A stretch of 62,833 nucleotides of DNA, the filler included, from Octopus bimaculoides (lineage: Eukaryota), in NCBI RefSeq assembly GCF_001194135.2. It is 3 parts of 3 records of this genome, joined end to end, with 100 filler letters (N's around TTAATTAATTAA, not from the genome) between each part and the next. Parts side by side here need not be neighbours in the genome. Positions count along the whole stretch, not along the records: positions 22,965 to 54,206 come from NC_068991.1; 2 more parts are not named here. One strand, written 5' to 3'. The first letter of the stretch is position 1; every line of letters begins with the position of its first letter. Shown piece by piece: positions 26,487 through 39,252 of this stretch. The notes beneath the pieces are model-generated. The model was not told the DNA's origin, ran no database searches, and saw only the letters and a program-made list of their open reading frames with translations. The translations under genes and the position numbers were made by a program.

Positions 26487-27612
26487 TTCATCATCATCAT
26501 CATCATCGTTTAACATCCGCTTTCCATGTTAGCAGGGGTTGGACAATTTGACTCATGACTAGCGAACCAGATGGCTGCACCAGGCTCCAATCTTATCTGG
26601 CAGAGTTTCTACAGCTGGATGCCCTTCCTAACACAAACCACTCCGTGAGTGTAGTGGGTGCTTTTACGTGCCCCCAGCACAAGGGCCAGTCAGGCAGTAC
26701 TGGCCATGCTAAAAATGGTGTCTTTTATGTGCCACCTGCACAGGAGCCAGTCCAGCAGCACTGGCAATAACCTCGCTCAAATGTTTTTTTCACATGCCAC
26801 TGGCACAAGTGCCAGTAAGGTGACACTGGTAATGATCATGCTCAAATGGTGCTATTTACATGCCACCAGCACGGAAGCCAGACAGCTGCTCTGGCAATGA
26901 TCACGCTTGTACGGTGCTCTTAGCACTCCACTGGCACAGGTGCCAGTCATCGAATTTGTTTCAATTACGATTTCGATTTTACCTGCCCCAACAGGTCTCA
27001 GAGTTTAGTGTCCAATGAAGGAAAGGTTGGCATAGGTGCCAGTCATCGAATTTGGTTCGATTTCGATTTCACTTGCCTCAACAGGTCTTCGCAAGCAGAG
27101 TTTAGTGTCCAATGAAGGAAAGGTATGCATAAGTGGGCTGCCTACACCCCTGGCAAAGGCCACAGATTATGGTCTCCCTTGGCTTGCCCGGTCTTCTCAC
27201 GCACAGCATATTTCCAAAAGTCTCAGTCACTAATCATTGCCTCGGTGAGGCCTAATGTTCAAAGGTCGTGCTTCACCACCTCATCCCAGATCTTCCTGGG
27301 TCTACCTCTTCCACAGGTTCCTTCAACTGCAAGGGTCTGGCACTTTTTCACACAGCTATCCTCATCCATTCTCGCCACAAGACCATGCCAACGCAATTGT
27401 CTCTGTTGCACACCACAACTGATGCTTCTTAGTTTCAACTTTTCTCTCAAGGTACTTACACTCTGTTGAGTATGCACACTGCCATTACACATCGATCGGA
27501 GCATACTGGCTTCATTTCTTGTGAGCTTACACATGTCCTCAGCAGTCACAGCCCATGTTTCACTGCCATGTAGCATGGCTGTTTGTACACATGTGTCATA
27601 CAGTCTGCCTTT
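26487..27612 (-). mobile_element. RTE-clade LINE 3' end with (GAT)n tail
   Basis: MLHGSETWAVT..LRWHGLVARMDEDSCVKKC..GRGRPRKIWDEVV (27259-27576). The 3' UTR matches 61928-62490 and ends in (CAT)n on +. Confidence 0.85.
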
Positions 27613-28240
27613 TAAAGAATATTTTTCTCCTTCATGTTCTGACCACTAACCCCCCTCCCCCTCTCTCTGCCTCACACTCTCTCTCTCCGTCTCTGTCTAT
27701 CTGTCTGTATGTCTCTCTCTCTCCCTATCTCTCTCCCCCTCTCTCTCTTCCTCTCTCTCTCTCTCTCTCTCTCTTTCGATTACCACTCACTTTGCCAGGA
27801 CTATAAACTAACACACACACTCCGATTCCCCTACTTGATCCGAATACCTCTGCCGAAGAAATATGAATCTCGGAAGGATGCCCAGATAAGAAGTTTTCTG
27901 TCTTTTCAACCTCGTTCATACCCTCCTATTTATGCGCAGATCATAACCCCTTACTTAGTTCTTTCACTATTCTGTCTATTTCATTACCATGTCATCACAT
28001 TCATTCATTTATTCAAGTTTATCACACAGTCACTTATTTCTCTAATTCAGTCTTAGATTAGCTGTCTGAAAACTCTCAGATTTTTCAATTCTATTTTACT
28101 GTTATCAACATTTGCTGTCTCGTTAAACTATGCTACACAAATCCCAAAAGAATATCTTTCTCCCTCATGTTCTGACCACTAACCTCCCACCCCTCTCTCT
28201 GCCTTACTTTGTCTCTCTCACTCTCTCTCTCTCTCTCNNN
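27613..28240 (+). repeat. Direct repeat with CT-rich tract, possible PLE terminal-repeat remnant
   Basis: AAGAATAT.TTTCTCC.TCATGTTCTGACCACTAACC occurs at about 27614 and 28147, each followed by (CT)n. PLE origin is inference. Confidence 0.4.
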
Positions 28241-28629
28241 NNNNNNNNNNNNNNNNNNNNNNNNNNNNNNNNNNNNNNNNNNNNNNNNNNNNNNNNNNNN
28301 NNNNNNNNNNNNNNNNNNNNNNNNNNNNNNNNNNNNNNNNNNNNNNNNNNNNNNNNNNNNNNNNNNNNNNNNNNNNNNNNNNNNNNNNNNNNNNNNNNNN
28401 NNNNNNNNNNNNNNNNNNNNNNNNNNNNNNNNNNNNTCCTCTCCCATACTTTGGTTGTCTCCCATGAACACTTCTAAAGGCTTCATGCCACCCCCACCCC
28501 TACTTAGGGTTTATCTTCTCCTAGTGATCATATAGTGATCATTTAGTGCAAAAATATGATAGTGTAGTGCATGCAGATTGAATTGAAGGCTACTGCTTCT
28601 TTATGAATTCTGCCAAATGCAAGCTTTCT

Positions 28630-31228
28630 TTTCAGGTACATGATGCTGCTGTCCCCCGTCCCAGGGTCCCACCTCATGGGCCCATACCTCCCACAGACTC
28701 ATGGGCCCATGGGCCCACAGACTCATGGGCCCATACCTCCCACACCCTCAGGGTTGGCACTCTCAACGTCAGCACACTGAAAGGTCTGGTGAGATTGTTG
28801 AGATGCTTGAACGGAGATATCTGCTGCCTCCAAGAAGTAAGGTGGAGAGGAGGTTCCGCTAGGTTCCTCACAGGCAAAGAACACAGGTACAAGATTTTCT
28901 GGGCAGGGAATACAGATGGGGTTGGAGGCGTGGGTATACTTCTTGCAGAGAAATGGGTGGATAAGGTAATCGAGGTAGTCAGAGTATGCGAAAGAATACT
29001 TAAGATTAGACTAGTGCTGTACCATAGGTTAGCTACCGTCATCTCGACCTATGCCCCTCAACTGGGACTACCGGATTGGCAGAAAGACCAATTCTATGAC
29101 ACCCTGTTGCAAACTATCTCATTGATGAATGACAGGGACCTTCTCTTTGTGGCTGGTGACTTCAATGGACATGTTGGACAACATACAGGGGGCTTCTATG
29201 GCATACATGGAGGCTATGGTTTTGTTCCCGTAATGAAGAGGGAACCAGGCTGCTGGAGTTCTGCGATGCAAATGACCTTATGGTTTGCAATACTAACTTC
29301 AGGAAACCTGCCACTCACCTAGTCACCTACCATTCTGGCAGACACACTAGCCAAATTAACTACATTCTCACCGGAAAAAGGGTAAGATGGCTGCTTATAA
29401 ATGCCAGAACCTTCCCAGGCAAAAAATGTACCCCCACAACATAGACTAGTAGTTAGTGACTTCAGGATCAGGGCTTAGTGGTTGCCCAGAAGACAACCAG
29501 CATGGAGGAGAAGAGTCTAGGAGCTTAAAGATCCTGCAAATGGACAGAGATTTAGAGACATATTACTCAAAGCTTTTGATGTAATAGAGGGGGATATAGC
29601 TTCATACGATGTAGAAGACAACTGGAAGTTTCTACGGGACAACCTGCTGAGGGCCACTGACTAGATCTGTGAATGGTGCAAAGTCCCCTCTCGACCCAAA
29701 ATAATGTGGTGCTGGACCAATGTTGTTCACAGACAAAAGAAACAGGCTTGGAAGGACTGGAAGAATGGTGGTAGCAGGGAATTAAATCAGACTGCGAGAA
29801 GGGAAGCTAGGAGACAGGTCTATTTAGCCGGAGGGGAAGCAGATAAGAAAAATTTGCCAATGTTCTGCACCATGAGGACCAAAACTTGAGGTATTTTGTG
29901 TTGCAAGACAATGTGTGAGAGAGAATCATGATGTCATTGGAGAGAAATGTGTTCGCATGGATGATGGTTCACTTGCACTAAACGTGGCTGCAAAGAGAGA
30001 GGTCTGGAGATGTCACTATGAAAGGTTGCTTAATAAAGAGAATGAATGGGAGAAAGAGAGTCTGCTGAATGTCGACCCAACAGAGGGACCAGCTATCCAA
30101 GTTGACAGTACCATGGTAGATAAAGCAATTAATAGTATGAAGACAGGGAAAGCCTCTGGCCCATCAGGAATCACTGTAGAGATGCTCAAAATATCTGGCA
30201 GTGTCGGCTATAGCCTAGACACCCGTGTAGTTAACCAGGTGATACATGAAGGAGTCATACCCAATGACTGGTGTAGCAGCACTATAGTCCACTGCTACAA
30301 AGGTAAAGGTGAGGCTTTAGATACAAATAATTACAGAGGTATCAAGTTGTTCGATCAGGTAATGAAAGTCATGGAGAGGGTCATTGTCCAACTAATTAGG
30401 GAGAGAGTCAGTTTAGATGAGATGCAGTTTGGGTTCATGCCAGGGAAAAACACCATTGATGCTATATTCCTGGTAAGACAGCTTCAGGAGAAATACCTAG
30501 CTAAAGATAAACCTCTGTACCTGACTTTCGTTGACATGAAGAAAGCCTTTGACAGGGTCCCCCGATCCCTTATCTGGTGGTCAATGAGGAAACTAGGGAT
30601 AGAAGAATGGTTAGTGATAACTGTGCGAGCCATCTACAGAGACGCTATCAGTAAGGTGAGGATTGGCAATGAGTACAGTGAAGAATTCCAGGTACTGGTA
30701 GGGTCCACCAAGGTTCTGTCCTCAGCCCCCTCCTATTTATCATAGCCCTCCAGGCTATAACAGAGGAATTCAAGACGAGATGCCCCTGGGAGCTCCTCTA
30801 TGCTGATGACCTTGCACTAATTGCTGAGTCACTATCAGAACTAGAGGAAAAGCTTCAGGTGTGGAAGCAAGGACTAGAATCGAAGGGCCTTAGAGTCAAC
30901 CTAGCTAAAACCAAAGTCCTAATAAGTAGGAAGGTAGACAAACCACAAACCCTTCAGGTAGATGGCTCTACTCGATTTGTAGAAAAGGCGTAGGTAGAAA
31001 CTCTATAAGATGTACCCATTGTAAGCTATGGATACATAAGAGGTGCAGCAATATCAAAGGAAAGCTAACTAGGAAGATAGTTTTTGTATGTGGCAGATGC
31101 TCAGGGGCAATAAACACTGAAAATGTGCGGAGAAGAACTTCTGCCACATTCCAGGGAGAAAAACTAGAAGTAGTTGATAGCTTCCATTACCTAGATGACC
31201 AAGTCAGTAACGGGAGTGGGTGTGCTTA
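28630..31228 (+). mobile_element. RTE-clade LINE, APE + RT pseudogene, 3'-truncated
   Basis: LRVGTLNVSTL..DICCLQEVRWRG (APE), YRGIKL..QFGFMPGKNTIDAIFLVRQLQEK..FVDMKKAFDRVPR and LLYADDL at 30793-30813 (RT). Frameshifts and stops present. Confidence 0.92.
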
Positions 31229-31249
31229 TTATTATTATTATTAAAAAAG

Positions 31250-31460
31250 GTTGCAAGTTGGCAGAATCATTAGCATGCCAGACAAAATGCTTAGCAGCAT
31301 TTCATATTTCCTTACATTCTGAGTTTAAAATGCATCAAGGTCAACTTTGCCTTTCATCCTTTTGGGGTTGATAAAATAAGTACCAGTTGAGCACTGGAGT
31401 CAATGTAATCAACTTAGCCCCTCTCCAGTAATTGCTGGTCTTGTACCAAAATTTGAAATC
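31250..31460 (+). mobile_element. SINE family A, CpG-decayed copy
   Basis: Family motifs with CpG converted to TpG/CpA throughout. Confidence 0.75.
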
Positions 31461-31720
31461 ATTATTATTATTAGTATATTGGCGGGCAAGAGTGAAACTC
31501 TGGGCATCACAAGGGAACTTGCCAGAGGACTTTCAGGCCAGGGCCGACAGATAATTTCCAGAAGTCCCTGGCATGGCAGTGTTACTGGAGATTTCTGCTG
31601 GTTTGAGACAAGTTCTACAAGCATGGAAATGCTGCAAATGAACCTGCCTGTGATTTGTACAGAGCAATGAAAGCTTATATTTTTTATGTTTTCTATGAAT
31701 TTTTCACAAGTCCAGCTAGT

Positions 31721-32437
31721 TATTATTATTATTATTATTATTATTCAGTAGTTTTATTTTTATAACGTGCTTTCACTTCACTACCGAGCGCAGCTCTGTG
31801 CGCCTTGGGTATGTGCTGTGGTTTGCTGTGGTGCTCTTATGTTTACTGTATTGAAAGTGTTTTGCGTAGAATGTGTGCAGTGCCCAGTAGTGCAATTTTC
31901 TGTATGTTATATATATTTGTAAGTCCTGGTGTTTTTGTTATGTATTTGTCTGAATATTTTTTTATTATACCTAAGGCACCTACTATGATAGGAATTGTTT
32001 CTGTTTTTAGATTCCACATTCGAGTTATCTCTATTTCCAGGNNNNNNNNNNNNNNNNNNNNNNNNNNNNNNNNNNNNNNNNNNNNNNNNNNNNNNNNNNN
32101 NNNNNNNNNNNNNNNNNNNNNNNCATATCCCAGAGTATGGTTGCTTTCTCGTTTTCTGTGACCTTTTCTGGCGTGTGTTTATACCATCTTTTTTCTGTTG
32201 CTATTCCATAATGTTGGCATAGCTTCCAGTGTATATAGGTCCCAGCTCTGTCGTGTCTGTGACTATATTCCTTCTTAGCCAGGACTGGGCAGCCAGAGAT
32301 AATATGATTTATTGTTTCTTGTCGATCTCCACATATTCTACAGTTACTTGTTATATTTCTTTTCATTATGTGTTTTTGGTAATTTCTGGTGGGGAGGCTT
32401 TGGTCTTGTGCAGCAATATTATTATTATTATTATTAT
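31721..32437 (-). mobile_element. 5'-truncated R4/Dong element flanked by (TAA)n on both sides
   Basis: AAQDQSLPTRNYQKHIMK..CRICGDRQETINHIISGCPVLAKKEYSHRHDRAG..ILWD. (TTA)n at about 31721-31745 and 32416-32437. Confidence 0.88.
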
Positions 32438-32439
32438 TA

Positions 32440-32908
32440 AGGCAGTGAGCTGGCAGAATCATTAGCATACTAGGCAAATCGCTTAGCGTCATTTTGTCAG
32501 TCTTAACGTTCTGAGTTCAAATTCCACAGAGATCAACTCTGCCTTTCATCTTTTCGGGGTTGATAAATTAAGTACCAGTGAAACACTAGGGTCAATATAA
32601 TCGACTGGTCTCCTCCACCAAAATTTCAGGCTTTGTGCCTTTTGTAGAAAAGATTATTTATTATTATTATTATTATTATTGTTGTTATTATTAAGGTGGT
32701 GAGCTAGCAGAGTCATTAGCGTGCTGAATGAAATGCTTAGCAGTATTTCACCTGTCACTACGTTCTGAGTTCAAATTCCACCGAGGTTAATTTTGCCTTT
32801 CATCCTTTCAGGGCCAATAAAACAAGTGTCAGTTGAGCACTGGGGTTCATATAATCGACTTACCCCATCCCCATGACTTGATGGCCTTGTGCCAAAATTT
32901 GAAATCAT
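32440..32908 (+). mobile_element. SINE family A, two tandem copies
   Basis: Copies at about 32440-32655 and 32693-32908, separated by (TTA)n. Confidence 0.78.
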
Positions 32909-33620
32909 TATTATTATTATTATTATTATTGTCATCATTATTATTTTCCTTTGATATTATTCTCCATGTCTTGAGCCTTTGTGACCAATAAAAGAAATCA
33001 TTATTGTTGTTGTTGTTGATGTTGTTACTTCATAGCCACACAACAGACTTAGACTGTTGGAAAAGAAACATTTCACACCAGTAGGCCACATCAGTTCCTG
33101 GCTGTTACACCTAGAGCACAGTCATGTACATTTCCTTTTTACTTCAAATTCAACCAGAATACTTGACTATAGTAAGAATATTATAAATGAATCTCTATAA
33201 TACATTATTATGAAAACTGAGTAATCATAATGGATAAACAAGATCCACCACAATGTGCAACTTTATCTTTTAAGAAATACTCGAGGTAAGATAAGTATAC
33301 GTGCACTTTCTATAATTAAATTAACAAAAGGTCCCAAAAGAAAGTTATAAGTTACTGACCCTCTCTTTTTGTATTTTGTTTCTGATCTGCATGACATTTC
33401 TTCTCTTCTTTGTATATATTTCCAACAAGATCTTGATAAATACTGGCTTTTGATTTCTACTAACCTATTCATTTATTTTGATTATAAGTTTGGAAAGTGT
33501 TTTTCTATTCGAATAATTCACTTTTCTTTCAGGAGTATACAAAACAAAAACAAACCAGGCTGGTATATATATATATATATATATATCTGTAAAAATATGT
33601 GACACTTATTCAGTAGCCAT

Positions 33621-33681
33621 GATAAAACTCCGAGTTTCGGATGCCAGGGTGGGAGCCCACGCCAACATCTCTTCAGTTATC
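33621..33681 (-). ncRNA. Type I hammerhead ribozyme-like motif (family 2)
   Basis: Minus strand: GAUAA-CUGAAGA-[GAUGUUGG..CUGGCAUC]C-GAAA-CUC-G-GAG-U-U-UUAUC. Stem I GAUAA/UUAUC, stem III CUC/GAG, cleavage triplet GUU. Confidence 0.7.
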
Positions 33682-34489
33682 CGGATAATTGAAGAGATGT
33701 TGGCGTGGGCTCCCATATATAATTTAACTTCCTCTTCCTTTTCTCTCCATTACTTTGCTCTTATTTACAAAGATATTTACATTCTCACTCACACACTAGT
33801 GATACATCCTCCTCTCTCTCTCTCTGTACTAGAATCAATGTGTATCTAGTCTCTCTCTCTTACCCTCTCTCTCACTACCACTTACTTCCATCCCCCTATC
33901 TCCATCCACTCACACCTACAATCCATTCCTGCATCCTCTCCCCTTCATACCTACCCTTCCCTCATCTCTGCCTCCTTCTCAATCCCTTCTCTGTCCCTTT
34001 CCCTGCCTCAACTTTCCTGTCTGACCCCTCACATTTCTCCCATCACCCCTTTGGTCTCTTCCCTCCTCAGCTTGTTCTTCTCCCCTCTCCTACCCAACTT
34101 ATTGTCACTTTCCTCCACTCATTCTCCCATCACACCTCTGTTCTCTTCTATATTTGCACTCAAAGACCAACTGCACACATAACCATAGACAAACGAGAAA
34201 TTGGCAGTCTACAAAGATAGGATTGTTCCTGTGTGCCTGGGAAATTGCAGAAGGTAATTCACCAAATAATTCTATTACAGCTGCCCTGAAGAGAAATGGT
34301 TTCTCTAGATCTGTGACACAAATAGAGCAGAAGAAGAAGGTGTGATGGGAGAATGAGTGGAGGAAAGTGACAATAAGTTGGGTAGGAGAGGGGAGAAGAA
34401 CAGGCTGGAAATAGAGATAACTCGAATGTGGAATCTAAAAACAGAAACAATTCCTATCATAGTAGGTGCCTTAGGTATAATAAAAAAAA

Positions 34490-37110
34490 TTTGAAGAAAG
34501 CCTCAGTGCGATAAAGGAAGCACTAACACAATTGGATCAACGTACTACTATATTCCTGATGGGTGACTTCAACTTCCCCAACATCAGGTAGCCTGAGAGC
34601 AACATAACCACAGGAATGACACACAAAGAGCGAAATCAAGCAGAATCTCTACTTGATCTTATGAAAATGGTATTCATGGAGCAGATCATACTCTCTTCAA
34701 CCAGGCACAAAAATATCCTGGACCTCTGTTTTACTAATAATGTGGAAATTATCCACAATGCAAATATATCACCAACAATATTCTCAGACTATAACATTAT
34801 AGAACTGACAATGTATGGCCCAGAATTAACTAAAGATAAACTCTGCACAGATGGTGCTCAAACCCTATCCAGCCTAAATTTCTTTGAGGCTGACTGGAAG
34901 TGACTTGAAACACTGATACTCCAGCAGGACTGGCCTAAAAGCCTCTCTATGCAAGACAAAGATATGAAACTCAATAATTTCATGTCAATAATGGGAGCCA
35001 TATGCATTGAATATGTCCCAGAGACATTCCCTGAGACAGGAGAATACTCATGTGGCAGAGAATAAAGATCTCAAATTGTTTAAATAAACACCTTAATGAC
35101 AGCGTGAAATTCCATCTGACAGAGGAACTCTTTGAGGTTGAAAATAAACTGAAAACTCTCCCATGGGAAGTCGAAAATATAAAAGAAATATAAAAGAAAT
35201 ATAAAAAGAAATCCTAAAGCTGTCTACATGTTGGCTAAGGAGTCTGCCTCAGTACACTATAATATAGCACCACTATTTGGTAAAAACGGTTCCTTATCTG
35301 CAGATCCAGGGAAGATAAGTGAAGCACTAAATAAACAATTCCAAAGTGTTTTCACTTCTCCACTGGAAAATATGCAGACAAACAAGCTGGAGGAGTTTTT
35401 CAATGTAACGAATCTATTTGGGAAAACGGTAACCATCCATTACATCAGCATAACGGAAGAGGATTTAATATCAGCCATTGATGAGATGAGATCAAACTCA
35501 GCAATGGGCCCAGATGGACTCCTGGCTGTCCTCTTAAAGACATTTAAAAAGACTCTTGCAAAGCCACTGTAGATACATTTTCAGAGTTTCCTTGCATGTA
35601 TTAAACTTCCCAACATGCTAAAAGAGGGTATAATATGCCCTGTCCATAAAAGAGAGAATAGAGTAGATGCTAAAAACTACAGGGCCATCTCTCTGACCTC
35701 ACACATTAGCAAGACAATGGAACTCATTGTCAGAAAAAGGCTGATTACGTTCCTAGAAGAAAACAACCTTCTCACAAACATGCAATATGGCTTCTGTCCA
35801 GGGAGGAGCTGCCTCACACAGCTGCTGCAGCATTTTGACTGGGTACTGAAGCAACAGCTAAACCAGTCAGCTGTAGACATGATATACCTGAACTTTGCCA
35901 AGGCCTTCGACAAGGTTGATCATGGCATGATTTGTCACAAGCTGCAAAACTTTGGTATTACTGGGAAACTGGGAGAGTGACTGCATAACTTTCTGAAGGG
36001 CACGAGTCAGACAGTTGTAGTCAGTGGTGCTCATTCTGAAAAGACACCAATTCTCAGTGGAGTCCCACAGAGAACTGTACTGAGGCCACTACCTTTTGTG
36101 GTGGCCCTCTCAGATATGCCCTCCATGGTACAGTCAACCAATCTGATCAGTTATGCTGATGATACAAAAGTATGATAGGCAGTTAGGAACCCAGAGGACA
36201 TCATAAAACTGCCGAGAGACCTGAATGAAGTATACAAATGGGCTAACAAAAATAGCATGCAGTTCAATGCTATGAAATTTCAGGCACTCCACTATCAGCC
36301 CAACACCAGGCTAAAATCGGAATACATTGGACAGGTAATATAATTCCAGAGTCAGAATCGGTGTATGACCTGGGGAATGAGCAATAATGCAACATTCTAT
36401 GTGCATATTACCAAGATGGCAACACTGTGCGGGCGAGTGGCTGGATGGACTCTGAGGACATTCAGAACCAGGGAAAGGGAGGCCCAGCTACTCCTCTAGA
36501 GGACTTTTGTTCTCAGCCGCTTAGACTACTACTCCCAACTATGGTCCCCAGAGAGTGTGAAACAAACTGTGGAACTTGAAGCAATCCAGCGCCAATACAC
36601 AAAGAAGATTGACTCGTTGCAAAAAATAGGCTACTGGGAAAGGCTAAAGGAGCTGAGTCTCTTTTCTCTGGAGAGAAGATTAGAAAGATATGCGGTAATA
36701 TATATTTGGAAGATTTTGAAGGGTTTAGCTCCCAGTTTTGGAATTGACAGCTATACCGATCCCCAAACTGGACAGCACTGCATTGTACCAAAGATCCCGT
36801 CTTCCCCATCAAAAATAAGGACACAGTACTGCAATAGTTTGGGTTTCAAGGGCCCACAATTGTTCAAATCCTGCTGGGCAACCCTAGAGATCTACATGGT
36901 GTTGATGTAGAACTTTTCAAGGAACGTCTGGACAGGTTTCTATCTGAGATACCAGATGAACTCACATTGCAGCGGGAGACACAAAGAAGAGCAACTCAAC
37001 CAACTCGCTACTTCACCAAAAACAATACCAAAAACAACACCGAGTAACTACAGGTGGTGCACCAGCATGATTTCAGCCCTGGGCTGAAACCAGTAAAAGA
37101 TAAAAGAAAC
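34490..37110 (+). mobile_element. CR1-clade LINE, 5'-truncated pseudogene
   Basis: LMGDFNFP (APE end), NYRAISLTSHISK..QYGFCPGRSCLTQL..DMIYLNFAKAFDKVDH, SYADDTKV at 36149-36172, LFSLERRLERYAVIYIWKI. Many stops. Confidence 0.9.
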
Positions 37111-37452
37111 AAGTGAATTTCTAATTGATAGGAATTTGACAATGAATAACTAATAAGAAAAACTGTAGCAGAATGATGTCATGAACTGTTTCAAGTTAGG
37201 AAGCCCCTACTTCTTTCCCATCAGAAATTCATAGAGTCCCTTCTTGGATCTCAAGGCTCTAGGCTGATGTACTGGCTGAACTCCACTCACATAGGCCTTG
37301 AGTGTATATTACAATCTTTTCTCTGGATATGAATATTTTTTTAATGTTTAATCTTAGATGAATTTCAGTTATCAAATTAAATTCTTATATGAAATAGAAA
37401 ATATATGATTTCTGTGTAAACAAATGTGAAAGATATTTTAACTTTTTTCTAG

Positions 37453-37559
37453 GCTTTAAAAACTGCCCGTCATTATATGGAAAGTTCAAAAGGTCCTTAT
37501 TGTTTGCTTGTAAGGAGGCAAACATTTCTTCCCTATAAATTGAGAGAAAAAACTCCTGA
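37453..37559 (+). CDS. ppd: Phosphonopyruvate decarboxylase, first visible coding exon (internal)
   Basis: ttttttctAG acceptor at 37451-37452, GT donor at 37560. 107 nt, phase 0 to 2: ALKTARHYMESSKGPYCLLVRRQTFLPYKLREKTP(E). Resembles the end of the PPD N-terminal domain and joins the next exon in frame. Confidence 0.85.
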
Positions 37560-38244
37560 GTATGTTTGTCTTTGATTTATCTAATTTTTTTCTGTATTGT
37601 TTTGCTTTTAAGTTATTTGAAAAGTTGGATTTTCCATTTTAGTAATAGTAGTAAAATGTTACTACTAAAAGATGTTTGTAGTTTCACACTACTATCTTTT
37701 ATTTCTTTATTATTTTACCATATAACCAGTGTCTGGCTGTGTATAATATGTAGAGTAGCATTGCAGAAAAATATTTATAATAAAGTGAGAAAATAAAGTT
37801 TACAAAAATCAAAAAGGCATGTTTTCCCATTAGATTTGTTTTTTATCTACTGCTTTTGTACTAAAGTATTGCTGTGTGGTGGAGTTTATTGTACATTTCA
37901 AGGCAATAATTCAATGATATATCCTTTTCTAGATATCAGTCTATCACTGATTTTGTTCATAAAACCATTCAATCTCAGTATTGCAAGTTAAAGTAAGACT
38001 AAAAAATAACCTGTCACCCTTATCACCTACAGCAGTAATCTGGACCATGATATGATCCCTTGAAACTTTGGCCTATAGACTGGTAATCAATTCAGTCACT
38101 TATATGAAATACAAAGTGTCTGTATACCACCACATTCATGAAAGTCAAATTTAAATCTTCCTTTATTCTTGTTTCTTCTTCATGAATTTCCACAGTTTAC
38201 TCAGTTCTGTTGAATACAGCGTATGAGTGTTTAATTTTTGCAGA

Positions 38245-38495
38245 AGGACTTGCACAAATGATTTGTTTATAGGGATCAACTGTATGTGTTGTACATTAGT
38301 TCACTCCCTCCATGAAATCAATGTAGCCTGAACAGATGCATAGAGTACCACACGTCAAGTGTCAAAATGATCTCAGAGCAATGTGAAAAGAAGTGTTTTG
38401 CTAGGAACACAACACACCACCCAATGTAGGGATTGAAACCACTATCTTGTTATCATGACTGTAACACCCTAACTACTAGGCCATGTACACTCACT
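38245..38495 (-). mobile_element. SINE family D, CpG-decayed copy in a ppd intron
   Basis: Reverse complement aligns by eye with 20612-20870. Confidence 0.6.
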
Positions 38496-39141
38496 TGAAG
38501 ATAATTAGTATATTACCTTTAATACTTCCATTTTTAATCTACTCTTTCAAATTTTGGGGCTTTGAGTGAAATTTATTGTTTTTAATTTATCACACCATTG
38601 AATATTTTTGAACATCTTATTATTGTTAGATATTGATTTAATACTGATACTCTTGCAAAATAGAACTCCTAGTATTATGCTTGGCAAATCAAAATAAGTT
38701 GGATGAAATATCAAACAATCCATATAGAAAGAACCTGTAGAAGAGGAAGATTGAGGAAAATGTTTGAAGAGATGTTGAGGGTCTGCTATCAGGATGCTGG
38801 CTCTCATAAAAGGGCTGATGAGGTTACTGCAATGGATAATGTGATATTGTCTAATTCATACCAGCATGTAAAAACAGACATAAAATAATGATGATTTATA
38901 TGTATGCGTTCATAGTGTATATAACTACACATTCATGCAATACTATGCTGATCTGTTAAGTGTATGCTTAATCTTAGTATTATCTTTAAACATCTCTTAC
39001 TTCTTTTAAAATGTTTTTATATTAATACCTTATTATGAAAATCTCTTATATATGTTTTGTATGTCAACAGCTGAAAATGGTTTTCCATTTAACAAGCAGC
39101 CTTGTTAAATTTAAGCAAGATCAATTTATCTGTTTATCTAG

Positions 39142-39252
39142 ATTTTTACTGACTCGTGAGGAAGCCATGAAGATTATCATTGATAACATTGGCAGTAAAG
39201 ATGCTGTAGTCAGTACAACAGGAATGTTATCTAGGGAACTATTTGAGTATAG
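39142..39252 (+). CDS. ppd: Phosphonopyruvate decarboxylase exon
   Basis: tttatctAG acceptor, GTAAGT donor, 111 nt, phase 2 to 2: FLLTREEAMKIIIDNIGSKDAVVSTTGMLSRELFEY(R). Contains the STTG-SRELFE motif typical of PPD. Confidence 0.93.

Noticed and set aside
27843-27895. Possible further hammerhead (CTGCCGAAG..GATGCCCAGATA)
   Set aside because: The core and the GAAA strand are too degenerate to support.
33277-33292. Possible ppd micro-exon before GAGGTAAG
   Set aside because: Too short, with no PPD motif; splice-like signals are common by chance in AT-rich DNA.
34285-34315. CTGAAGAGAAATGGTTTCTC hairpin resembling a hammerhead 5' half
   Set aside because: No GAAA, stem III or stem I partner follows.
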